Position numbers and translations under genes: made by a program. Below the pieces are notes generated by a model. The model was not told where the DNA came from and searched no databases. It saw only the letters and a list, made by a program, of their open reading frames with translations. A DNA stretch of 64,000 bases. Source: Asterias rubens (taxonomy: Eukaryota). Below, piece after piece: positions 50,881-63,528 of the stretch. Each line of letters starts with the position of its first letter. The stretch's first letter is position 1. The stretch covers positions 11,656,001 to 11,720,000 of the forward strand of contig NC_047062.1 in assembly GCF_902459465.1 (NCBI RefSeq), written 5' to 3'.

Positions 50881-52899
50881 TTTAAGATTTGATCATATAA
50901 ATTACATTTATCTTGGGCTGTGCACGATAAGTAAAAGAAATGAACTCTTCTGAATTAGCTGTGGTTGGCTGCCACACAATCATGTGATGTTTCTTATCCT
51001 CACCTGCATTGTGTCCGTGCTCATATAAAGAATTGCTCAACATTTGACATTTGTCTTTGACTTCCAAAACTGCCGCAAGATTTTAAGCCTTGGGTAAAAA
51101 TTGTGGAACCCATACAACTAAAGTACATCAATGGAAAGCTTCATCTCTACTTGATTCCTACAAAATAAAAGACCATTCAAATCTGGAGTTTTTGGCTTAA
51201 CTTTCGTTGCATACCTTGAGACTGCAATTGTTTTATCGCTGTATGGAAACGACTTCGTTGCGTGAAGAGTTTTCAGCGAGACGCGTAGCATCGAGCCTGC
51301 CGCGCACTCGGTCTCCTTGCTCGGCGGAGATCTTTACGATTATCGCTGGCTGAGGCTCATCCGCATATAATGTGCATCCGTAAACAGTTCACAGTTGATA
51401 ATGTTAAGATTTCGCGCGGTTTAATTTCTACTTATGGCACACTACAAAATACAAACAAGAAAATCTGTGTATACTAGCTTAAGTCTGCTGATCCTGTAAT
51501 GCAGCAGGCATCCAGACTTGACTAGCCGCGGTAGCCAGAAGCAATATGGGCTAGTTTAGGAATGATAAGGTTGCATATAAGTAGATTCATGTCTTAAATG
51601 CCACCATATACTCTCCTCTTGCAGCAATAATGAGATACCATTTTATATAAGTGAATTCATTGAGAATTCATTATGATAGTCTGTTATCGAGGACTACATT
51701 TTTTTTTTCGGTTTTGTATTTTTGTCTCCATATTTTGAAAGGGTGTTTTATTACAAAAATCTAGACATTATCCTTAATAATACTATGCACTTAGGAGGAA
51801 TATTTTGTGTGTCAAACACACATGATGCACATACACATAGCAGTGGCTCCATGACTATAAGCTCCCCCTCTCCCCACGTGTGTCAGGAATCAAGACTGCT
51901 GGAACGGGTCCTGACTATTTTACTCGAAGCCTCTGTTTGGCGCTTCATGAATTTACAAACCATGTACAATGAAAAAAAGTATCCTTCAATTTAGTGGAAT
52001 AACATAAACTTGCTTGTCTAACGTATGTTTAATTGCTCCATGGTTTAATGTGCATCAGGGATCAAGAACATTGTTTGGCTGAAGAGCAATTCCGTGTTTA
52101 CATGGTTTAACCCATCGATGTATGTAAATCACTGTATACTCTGACCTTAGTCATGTAGATGGGATACGAACCCAATATCTTTTAACTGAGTTATCGTTTG
52201 CATGATATCATAAAATAATGTAAAGACAATACAATAATTAATGCATGGTGCCCATCACATCCCTCCCTCCCTCCAGATCTACCGCATACCGTGACCAGGT
52301 CGTAGCCGAGCACCCCAAGCGCCAAAGTGACTTCACAACATTCGTTTTACGTGTATTCATACCCACTTGCTGCCGTTGGCTGTATGGGGAAAACTGACGT
52401 GATGGAGAAGGGATGGGTAACGACATCAGTGAGCCCTAAATCTCTAAATCATGAACAACATAGGTCAGTGGAAATTGTCTTTTCTGTCTTTTTTTCATAC
52501 AAAAAGGTGTCAGTTTTATTTTGCTGAATTCGGAATTCCAGTTCTCTCTGTTTTTGCAAGACATGTTTTGTATTCCAAAACATATCTTTCAACTGAAAGT
52601 AATATTTAGTGTTGACGCTTTTACGGTAACACACTGGGTTTTTCCTCTTTACTTGGCGCGCTTTTAAAACTATAGTTCAAATATTACAGTTGCCCATGTC
52701 TCCACATCTTCAAAATGAGTCGATTATTTATCACTCCGTTGCTTTGTTTTTTTCATTGGCTAACAGTGTTGGAACAAGGTCATAAATCAATCTCAATATA
52801 GACAAGTCAACTTTTCAGCATTTTTTTGTGAAACCTCCCACATGATCTTTCGTTCTGACGTAAGCTCACGATGTGAAAGGTATACGGTTTATTAAGAAT

Positions 52900-54693
52900 C
52901 TGCGCAGCGGGAAGTGGTACACACACAAAATCAAAATCGCGCCGAAAAGTTATCATCTCTAAAATGTAAAGTGACCCGCGGGATTCAGCTCGCCATCTTG
53001 GCACAGTTTTATTAATTTGTCTAAACTCCGAAGCAGTCGGCTTTGCTACATGGCTCTCACGCCTTGGCTCGCCGCGTTCCTGCCGTCTTTCGGCACGCAA
53101 TGCCCACTGGTAAATAATAATTACAATTACACCCCTCAGCAAGACTGAGAGAGAGAGAAAGCAAGAGAGAAAAAAAGGCAGGGGAAGCAATTGCTGTTAG
53201 TGGAGATCTAGCCTGCGATAGGGTCCTATACGACCGGGTTGACTGATTCGTACCGATGTGTGGCCCGGGGCTGAGCGTGCCCCCCAAGGTACACGTTTCA
53301 TTAGTGGTTATACCTCAACTTCAGACCCTAATGAACTCACGAGATGTGGATGGGAAAAAACACACACATGGAGCTAAGAGAAGGAAAAAAACGCCGCTGA
53401 TGCCAGTCCCTGGTCGGGACCTGGCTCTGGCTGGGAAAATCCTTTTAAAAAAACCTCAGCAAAACAACAAACAGCAAAGGAGCACCTTGGCCAGGGATAT
53501 AGCATCGGTCTGGAACTCTGGGGAAAGTGATTTTGTTAAAGAAGTTATTTCTTGGGAATTCGGATGTTGCATTTAATCGACTCACTACACTCAGCAATAT
53601 ATATTTGGGAGGGAAAATGAGCAGTTCCTAAAAAAAGTCTGTCCTGCTACTTATTAATTCACCGATTAGTGAACTATCTGAAAGTTAAGAAAGCTCGAAC
53701 AAATCAAAACTTGTAAGCTTCGTTTTGGATGCCAGTAAAGCTTCAACTCTCCAACCGGCGCAACACGTTCCTATAACATTCACAAAAGCTGAAGTGAAGG
53801 AAAAGAAAGAAACTCTAAATTCAGCACTCGGTAAAAAAGATAGGATCAATAATTCCAATAACAATTTCGGTCCATTGTCAACTTTCCGTCATTTCTCATT
53901 GTCCTGCGGTATGCAGGCAACAGCTTTTTTTTCTTACCCGCCAAGTTTGTGCCCAGCGGGCACATACACCTGGACGAACCTTTGAGTGGGGGAGTGTAAC
54001 AAGAAAATGAGAACATGTACGGTAAAGGTGTTGCACCGACAAAAACGGCACAGCGGGGAGTGGGTGACTGGAGCGCCGACTCCCGGCGAAGTTAACCTCG
54101 GAGCGCCAAAAGAAGTAGACTTGAAACACCAACGTGGCTTTGTTTGGGTATTCAGTATGTGTGATGAGTAGATTGATTGGTACAGGGGGAACACTTCCTG
54201 GTTCACCTTTTGGTTCTTTCCATCATTTCTTTTCTTCCTCAAATATTTCGGTGCAGGGTCAAGAGGTGGCATACTCTTACACACCGGCAAAACAATTCCT
54301 TCACCAAACCGATACCGTGATCTATTTTGGGGTGCCCCTTTGTGGTATTGTAGTGTCGTTTAATCACTCTCAAACAAACCTACTCTTCCAATCAGTTAAC
54401 GAGACTGAAATGAGAAATGGGCACAATGCCGATGAAAAGTTCCATCAATTTTCTAGTTTGACAGGCCGACATTGCCGCGGTCACACACATAGACAATGAA
54501 TTTCACGGTTGCCCAAGTGAACGCTGAAGGCTATAGTATAGTGAAGGAGAATGTTTTTTTACAACTCGCTGGACTGCAAATCAGCATAGGAATATATTTT
54601 TTTTCTCTCCCCGGCTTCAAACAATCTTTGCTTTTCTTATAGAAGAAATAAATGATGCTCGAAGCGTGAAATAAGTCAAAGTCCCGCGTGAGT
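52900..54693 (+). promoter_or_regulatory. candidate alternative Otx promoter region with a possible 45-nt exon (54643-54687)
   Basis: CpG-rich with a GAGA tract at 53147-53170; donor ACG|gtaaag at 54022; acceptor tctttgcttttcttatag at 54641-54642; donor CGC|gtgagt at 54688. Confidence 0.3.
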
Positions 54694-57600
54694 GTACCGC
54701 GTCAACTCACCTGGCGTACAAAGAGAGCGCCCTCTGTGTTAAGGTGGAAAGAGTCACTTCTCAAAATATCCTCAAACATTGAAACTTGCTCAAAGATCTT
54801 AATATATAAGTAGCAAGGATTAAGTTGCTAGCGAATGTACAATGTTGACGTTACCCCCTCCCTCCCCAAGCAATTAAGCAGAAATTTGTATGAACAGTAA
54901 GATTTATTTTGACCGTGTTTGGAAAACAATACAGAACAAATTTGATAGAGATTCGTGCCAAGGAAACATTAGGACACTTTCCCCAATTCTTTTAAATTTA
55001 GCATTAAAAAAATAACTGCGTATTATAAGCAGCAGGCTGTGACATCGTATTGAACATGTTTTCTTACATCGAAATCGTTTCCTACTCTACTTTCCCATGG
55101 TTGATTCTGATCTTTAATTTCAATCTGCCCGGAGCGGGCCGGAGCCGACTCCCAACCATGCCATGTGGTGCAATATACTCCACTGGGTTTATGGTTCCTA
55201 TATTATAGTTCGTTATTGTAAACGACGGCCAGGCCCTGGCATCGGTTGGCCGTTTGCGGTCGCTCCCTATTACTCTGACATTTACAAGCCGTGTCACTTT
55301 AATTAACACCTTTGATTGTTACAAAGAAATCAAAAAGTCCAACTTTGAAGGTTGCCGACACATTATGCGGTTGTTTCGAAGAAAGCGGATATTGTAAACA
55401 ATAAACAGGAAGTTCTGTTAAGACAACATCAACAACAACAAAGTGATGTTCGTCACCATAGAATTGTTGAGATAAACATAAACAAAAGATGAAGCTAATG
55501 TTTGTCTTCTCTTGCGGTTAAGAATTTGATACTTGCTTTTATTTTTAGAGGTATCCTTCGGAATATTATAGCAAGATTATTTTGATTATTTAGGTGTTTT
55601 TTAGATTGCAAATAAGTAATTCGTTGAGCAAGATCGCCCCTAACAAGGCTAAAAGCCACTCTAGGTTATGGGCTACAAGAAGAAAACGATTAGACATGGA
55701 AATAACTCGGGAGAGCTGGAGGCAGGAATTGATATTCCTCTTAAAACAGTCCAGATTGCATGGGGGGGGGGGACACATCCACCAGGCAAGGAGTTCCAAA
55801 GAGATGACAAAAAACAGTGATATGAAAAGGGAAAACTATATGTAGGGAAAGTGTAGCTCTGATTATTTAAGACCATGTTAATCCAGAGGTGTCTGTCAAG
55901 CCCCTCTCAAACGAAAGATTCATCCTCGACCACAAAAAGAGAGGAAAAGAGTAAAAAGCATAAGAAGACAAAATTAGCCACTCGAATAACTCCACAGCAG
56001 ACGTTGAAACCTCGCGAGTCCCTTAATTACATTTCCCTATTAATTGGGCACACATTGAATGCGTAAGACCCCAGCAATTTACAGGAATGTCACTCTAAAA
56101 GTGATGTGATGACACGACTAATATTGTAGTCATATTTTTATTGGAAGGGCAGTGTCTGGTCAATGGGCGAGTTTGCTACGGGTGGTGACTGGGGCTTTTA
56201 GCATAGCCACAGTACATTACCTTTTAACGCACCCGTCATTAGTAGCTTACGCACTCTTTCTCTAAGCAAATTTTATTCTTTACTTTGGGTGGAAATATCA
56301 CCCTTGGTATAATGTAACATATCTTCTTGGACAACTCATCCGGAAGAAGTCCAATTAAAGACAAAATAATTATCACAGAGGAATTTGAAGAGAGGACGAG
56401 GTGGTCAAAATTCATCCCTAGCTTTTCAAAATGGCTGCCACAAAATAGAAAAACGAGTACATTTACATGAGGTTAGTGTACTTTCACCTTACTACGGGGA
56501 CTGCCTACTTATTACATCAACACATCAATAAGTTAAAGCAAGTGTAAATCATCCCTTATGTTGCCAAAATTACTTTTGGTTTGGTGAAGACCCATGTCTC
56601 TAATGAATCAGTGAAATATTTGGTTACACAACCAGTACGTGTCAGTGAGTTTGATTTTGTTGCGAATCTTTTTTACCGAGTGCCGCTGCAGCCGTACGTG
56701 ACTTGTACCTTCCCAGCCTCCCAGTCCCAACAACGTTTTAGGTTGAGCAGCGTAGACTGGGATTTGAACAACAGACGCAAGCCCGCCGGCCGTCAGGAAA
56801 CAATGAACTAACCTCTAATGGTAAAGACAAATCATATCGATCCGCACCCATTGAAATCAACAATAGCCACACACCCGGCCAAATGGATATTAATTATGTC
56901 AAGTATACAGTTCGGGGTGGTTTTCAAGTGGTGTAAGGTTTCATTTGGCGGGCATTACAGCTTCTACATTTGTAGCTGTGGAGTGGGGTGCTTGTGATGA
57001 AGGGGGGGGGGGGGGTACCAATGACTAATTGCAAGCTACTGTGTTGCTATGGCACGCCTTTCTTGTATGTGATTGATGTAAAACGGAAGAGTGTTTCTTG
57101 CTGGCGGATGTTAAACAATTTCGGCAATTTTGCGAACAAATATCGATTGGTGTATAATTGTCTGTTTGGATGAGATCACGCAGTCCGTGGTGTGATGCTT
57201 CGCGTTACAAGGAAACACGGGGGCTGTAGGCTCGCTACTTCCGCTTCTGGGAAGGTCAACGATGGCGATCTAACGAAGTAAAGACCTTCCCAGGAGATGT
57301 TTGTTTTCTGCTCTCTGTGCAGTTCAAACATTTTGTTTCAAAAAGATTTGCAGCTTCAAGATTACTGGCCTGTATTTATGACTTGAATGTACTATCTGTT
57401 TCTGATTTGCAATCATCTGTGTCGTGTTTATGCACGTGTTCAATAACAGACGAATACTGATTAAAAAGGAGCCAGACTATTTAAACCTTTCTAGCATAAA
57501 ATCGCGCTAGTGGTCAACACACACAAGTACAAAAAAAAACATTTGAAATCAATTGATCCCGATTTCATTATCTTTGTCACTGTTTCCACGTGTGTTTAAT

Positions 57601-57850
57601 GACAGACAAAAACACTGATTCAAAATGGGGAGCTTTAAATTTGTTGGGCAAATAAAAATGGCCAGACCACACTAAAGAATCAAGGTTGTTCGTTATTAAA
57701 CAAAGAGACCATTACGAATTATACCAGCCAAGTTTAGTTAATTTCCGCTACAATGTTCCCCGTCCCATCTAACTATGTTTTAAATAACATACAATCAGGG
57801 GAAGGGTATAAACAAACGTACATAGGCATACATGTTCATTGATTACAATT

Positions 57851-58091
57851 TTAAAGGCATGGAAACCTTTGATAATTGTCAAAGATAAGTTTTATCACTT
57901 AGTGTATCTCAACATATGCATAAAATAACAAACCTGTGAAAATTTTGACTTAACTGGTCGTCGAAGTTTGGAGATAATAATGGCAGAAAACACACCCTTG
58001 TTTCAACAGCTCACCATTGCTCGTTTACCAAGTAAGTTTTGATGCTAACAGTTACTTCGAATGACTAACCAATAGTGTCCAATGCCTTTAA
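57851..58091 (+). mobile_element. MITE family A with an internal deletion, both ends present
   Basis: TTAA|AGGCATGGAAACC ... gtgtccaatgcct|TTAA. Confidence 0.9.
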
Positions 58092-60461
58092 GAATGGGTC
58101 AATAGTGAGCCGGACTTCGATCACATTGATACCCCACCGTTACCATAATAATAACAACAAAGTTGCTGTATACATTGGTGATAAATGCGTGCTGCAAGGC
58201 CATTCAAGAGTCTGATTTCTGCCTTCCTTCACTATTTTGTCTCAGTCATTCTCTGGAAGAGGGCCAATAACTTGGAGGGTTTTATTCTCCTCTGCCTTTC
58301 TGTCTGTCTGTAATGATGCGGAATGGACATTCTGAATTGGACAAGTGTTCACATCTGAGGGTCATCGATTCTCTTTTATACACTGTGTGATGATTTCACC
58401 GACACAAAGTTACCATGAACTCTAGGGTGTTTTACAGGAAAGTATAACATTATCGGCTCGCGAACTGACCCATATGACGTCATCAGAGGTAAATTATATC
58501 CGCTATTTTATGATTGTTATGAAATACGGTTATCAAAATGACACCAGCTTAATTGTCAATGAAATATAGCTAAATGTATCCGTTTTACTTGGGTAGAACA
58601 GCTCATAAAAGACAACACAACCTTATAAAACAGTTGGAGTATGATTTTTTGTTTCTTCTTAAATCCTTAAGTATAGTTATCATTCCGACTTAGTACTACC
58701 AATGTGATTACACTACGATAACTTAATTCGGAAATCACACTTACTTCAAAATTAAATACGGCTTTTGTCAAATATGATTTATTCACTGCAATATCGTTTT
58801 AACCACATAGCATACATTCAGACCAAAAAGAAGAGGGAAAAAAACATTACGTGGCCTTAAAAGAAAATATATTTACACACAAAACTCTTGAAAAATATTG
58901 ACTGGTCTATTATTATTGACATTAATCCAAGTCAGTCTCTTGCTGTGGAGAAGGAAAAAACCATTGCTGTAAAAAAAACAAGTACTGTAGATAAAAAATA
59001 TACTATGGAATCATCGCGTCTTAGCCTCTAGGGGTTTTAATCATGCGTAACATCGCCGGAGTTTTTTGGCGGACGACTCTGCCAATAAGCCTCTATGGGT
59101 GCTCCGGAGCGAAGTCAGGCGGTCTGTAAATCGAATTACTGGCCAAAAGTACACGGGATGTCTTGAGAAGGGGGGCTCTCTGCTTGATGATTGTTATGAG
59201 TTCCGGCCCTGAGTCAAATATTGTACAGTTTCACTTGAATTTCGCTCTATTTTCTTTGTAAACACTACACATTGTTGTGAAGTGTATGGGTGTAGAATAG
59301 GGGAGCGGTTGGGTTTTTTTTTCTCACGAAAAGCTTGTGTCTTCTGAGAACACGTTGAAAAGGGTGAGCCTTTATATTGTTTTTGTAGCTAGCTTTTTTG
59401 TTACGGGTTTGTCGATTCTAAGTCAGTTTTTGTTTGACATTTTGTCCCTGACACTTCATTTACAGTGTGTAAAATGGAAAATGGTGTACTTTTGTATGAC
59501 CTGGAAAAGAACGAACTGACAACAAGCTTGACACTTTGCAGTCACTCTTTCAAAAATAAGTAGGATTTAAAACATTACATGCCGGTAACAAATAATCAGG
59601 TGAAGTTTGTTGTAGCAGAGATGGAGCCTACCACAAACACCACATTTCGAAATAAGTAAAAAAAAACGTTAAGAGTAGTATTTTTAAATTTTTTTAAATA
59701 ACGAACTGGCTCAATTTGTTTCATACAAAATTGAGTCAGTTCATCTGTCAAGATTTCATCCATTGAATTTAGAAAATTATTGGCAATCCTTGACCGGATG
59801 GCCCTCAAGGAAAGTATGAAACACCAAAAGATAAAAACCGCCTCAATCCTAGAAAGAGGCGATTTTGCGGTCCAGCTGACTACCACACGAAGTGGTTTAT
59901 CTTTTGTTATGCGATGACACGCAGTGAGTTCCCATCTTCAAGATGTGTGAAGATCTCCTTGTTCTTGAAGATGAGCTCAGCGGGGGAGAACGGCAGTTTT
60001 CTTACACGACGGTCTTCCGGCCTCTCTTTGTATAAAACCAAAACCACTTTCAATTTTAAGTCACGGTGGAAGTCTGGTTTGTTAACTTCTCAAAGAATGA
60101 TGTGTGTGGAGTTAACAAGGTTGTCGTGCATTTAACAAAGATCTTTTCTTAGATCATCTGGATCGTGATAAAAGTTTGAACTTTTTATGCGAAGATACAT
60201 TTTGTACGTGGGAAAATCGAATGACTAACTGCACGCTGTCGCAGAGGCACTGTGTGTGTGGGTGGGGCAAGAATGTCCTCGAAGCACTAACACATTGGAC
60301 TTACTAAAACAAATTGGATACTGGCACGAACAAAATGAGATTAACCCTATACCCACCATAGTGAGACGAAACTTAAGCAATAGTAATGTGAGATCGTTTG
60401 TAAAAGCCAAAGTTTAGCAGCCACGCCCATACATCTTGCCGAGTGACACATCCCCTGTCAT

Positions 60462-60557
60462 TGATTTGTGAAACTTAATAATATCAGTATAAATGATTTG
60501 TGAAACTTAATAATATCAGTATAAATGATTTGTGAAACTTCATAATATCTGTATAAA
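60462..60557. repeat. 32-bp tandem repeat x3
   Basis: tgatttgtgaaacttaataatatcagtataaa at 60462, 60494 and 60526. Confidence 0.95.
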
Positions 60558-61554
60558 GATACCATTGGTTGTGGTTTGATTCGGTTAACCAATAAGCCAT
60601 CAGGAATAAGTAGGTTTTAGTTCCGTATATGGTATAAGTTATGTAAGCCAACAGTTTCTAGAACCACATGCCCAGAACCAAAACGTCTTTCCATGTTTTT
60701 AGTTCCGCCATCGCACTGAAGTGGTGTGCGTTATCGATCGCTCTCGTCGCCAAACTGGTTATTACGTAACACGTTATCACCACAAACCCCCATCAGTGTA
60801 TGACATTAGAGCACAGTCCCCCACACACAGCTCTGTTTGCCTTCCCTTCGTACTCGTGTTGATATTTCACCCAAGTGCTCCACCCCAAATTCCATTTGAC
60901 TTCGCGTTGAGACTGATACCAGTGTTTAATAAATGGCCAAATCGGTCAGATATTAATAATAAGTAGGGGTTGCTCATAGTCACGTGCGTTTTATCAATTA
61001 GCCAACTAGGCGGAATCAATTAGTATCACCAAGGTCATTTGTATCTGGGCTTTATGTTTTTTTTTCCCCGAATAATGTTTTATAATAAAGCAACATTCAA
61101 TTATCGGAGGAAAATAAACACCATTCTATAAAGAGTTAATTTAATTAATTATCAAATTGATGACACTTTTAAATCCGTCGGACAAATGTGTCAAATTCAT
61201 TTATACCATAGAGTAGAATATTTCAAAAACCTAGGAGGCATCATGATGTGCTGGAGGTTTTTAAAGTTTTTTAAAAACACATATCTTTGATATGTCGCAA
61301 CTGAAATAATGAATGTCGCAACTGAAATAAACCCAATGTGAACGGTTACAAAATCACCAACAAAATATACACGTAACTCGTCACCGGTTGGTTGTTTGGT
61401 GTTTTTATTTGAAACTAGTAAGGATGCAAATCAATAACAGTATAACTAAACATGGCTCTATTCATAATTTACTATTATAAACCTCCATGCATATTAGTAT
61501 CGTCAATGTTCTTGTTTAAGACAGTTGCACGTGGCTCGGCTGCGTGGCTCCGTT

Positions 61555-61668
61555 TTGGGCTCTTGCTGTGGCAGTATATTGGGCTCCATCCTGGGCTCCA
61601 TCTTGGTCTCCATATTTGGCTCCATCTTGGGCTCCATCTTGGGCTCTTGCTTGGGCTCCATCTTGGGC
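61555..61668. repeat. 12-bp minisatellite (ttgggctccatc)n
   Basis: Seen directly; it explains the repetitive ORFs at 61452-61807. Confidence 0.95.
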
Positions 61669-62229
61669 TCGCCAGAACGCCTTAAAGTCCTACTCTTCAA
61701 TTTTGCTGTTGCACCAGACAATGACCATAAGTCACATCAGAAGTCGCGACATTTGGGAAGCTTCGCCGGCTAGGGCTATACGATTGGATCGCCTAAAGGG
61801 CCTATAAGACGTCCCTAGAAACATCCGTAGCTGTAGCCATCAAATCGCATACGGCCTTCGCCTGCGTAATCCACAACGGGTCGAGTTGACCCATCTTGTT
61901 TTGTAGGCAAAATAGGCGTCAATTCTTATGGTTCGTTTCATGAATTAAAAACACATCTCAAGAGATCAACGCGTGATTCACTGGGACTTCCATAAAGGCT
62001 GGCTATAAGCCCCCAGTGTCAACCACTCAATTGACCATGGACTTTGTTTATTAGAATACAATGAGCGCCATGAAGACATCATCAATACATGTATGCATTT
62101 ATTGTTTTGACCATGGACAATAATAAACTGGGGACAATTTTCTTGGTCATCAACAAACGCTCTATAGTGAAAAGGTTGCCAATATGCAATTAATTAACCC
62201 CCACAATCAAACATTTTAGTGTTTTATGT

Positions 62230-63140
62230 TTGACGTCAGCTACGTATCGTTCTTTGACACGTGGGGTTGACGAATCCAAAACTACAAAAGTCCAAGTCGG
62301 TTTTTTTTATAGATGTTTAAGTTTGTATAATTTTGTTTTGTCCTGGCCGGGAAACCGTTAAAAAATTTTACAATTTCGGATATATTTCCACACGTATAAT
62401 AGCCAAGTACATTGCAAAGAATGCACTTAGACTATCCGAGACAAAACGTAGACTGAATTGTGATAGAAGCTACGAGTGGTTACGATTTGGGGGGGTTTTC
62501 ATCAGAAGAAAAAAAAAATAGATACGAAAAAGTCGATGTGAAAGCAAGTGAGTATGCAAGGACAGCCCGGACCGTCTTGGGCCGGCAGAGTGCCCGAAAT
62601 GAGCGCCAATTTACCGGCTATTCTTAGCTGATGAACGGCGGCTTTTATTCCATAGACTTCGTACAGCTTGTTAAACATTCCCTCTCAAACGAAGCCTTAA
62701 TACCCATCTATTATACTGAGATGAATGTGGAAGCTTTTGTCCAAGTGAGGGAGGGATGACGAATATTATGAATAAGAAGCCTCGCTAAACGCATGGGTAA
62801 CGGTTGGCAAGCGGTAAGACGTGAGAGAGAGGAAAAAAGGGAATGATAAAAAGACAGGACTGTATATAATAGACGGATTGAGAACTACGGCCAAGCTCAA
62901 TTTGTACAAACTAAAGTTGAACAAGTGACATGTACGAGAGTGTAACAATGGGAGGATGACCCTAAGCCGATTGGCTGCTCGCTCCCCCACGTGACTCGGC
63001 ACAGCACCAAGTATGGTCCAGTCAGCGTGCGCGTCGCATCACGTATGCACCCAATGCCGTGGTACACGTCCATGCAATTGGAAACAAAATGTTGGGCCGT
63101 ACTTTGGTTGATCATTTCACTCGGAACATACACAGAGATT
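62230..63140 (+). promoter_or_regulatory. Otx proximal promoter / 5' leader region
   Basis: TGACGTCA 62231, donor CAA|gtgagt 62548, donor GCG|gtaaga 62814, TAAGCC 62963, reverse CCAAT 62970, CACGTG 62988 and AGATTA 63136. Confidence 0.4.
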
Positions 63141-63395
63141 AGAGCGCCCTAACGCCGGCGGTCCAAGCACCTGCATAGCGTGTGTGCGTATAGAGACTGT
63201 GTTCACTAGCTCTCGGCCTAAACCATCACTGCTTCTTTTTAATGAAATATTGAGACCCAGTTCTAAAACAAGAGGGTTGTACTCATCGTCTTTGATTTTG
63301 ACCGCCCCGTCGTTGCTGTTTTTTCCTCTATCTGCAGTTCGCTTCTCACTGGGGTTGACCGGCACAGCATCGACACGGCTTTCCCAATACGTGGA

Positions 63396-63528
63396 ATGAG
63401 TGGTATGGCGTACACTATACCCCCAGTACCTGGACCACCGAATATGAAGGGGCCCCCCTTCTCAGTTAACGGCATCAGCCTGGCCGCTCACAACGTTGAC
63501 TCGCTTCATCCGGCCATGAATTACCACA
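63396..63528 (+). CDS. Otx: Orthodenticle homeobox (Otx), beta-type first coding exon; the exon spans 63338-63528 and the homeobox lies beyond the window
   Basis: Acceptor ttttcctctatctgcag and donor CACA|gtaagt (phase 1). MSGMAYTIPPVPGPPNMKGPPFSVNGISLAAHNVDSLHPAMNYH contains the Otx N-terminal motif PP(Y/F)(A/S)VNG(L/I)SL...LHP...Y and resembles echinoderm Otx-beta N-termini. Its position downstream of EHBP1 fits. Confidence 0.9.

Noticed and set aside
53725-53985. Protein-like ORF (ASKASTLQPAQHVPITFTKAEVKEKK...)
   Set aside because: It has no early ATG, no similarity I recognise, and no phase-compatible splice to the Otx exon.
54727-54740. CTCF-like AGAGGGCGC core (also at about 24466 in the family B element)
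   Set aside because: The 5' half of the CTCF consensus does not match.
61452-61807. Overlapping repetitive ORFs (EPKM/GSIL/WAPS repeats)
   Set aside because: These are reading frames of a 12-bp minisatellite.
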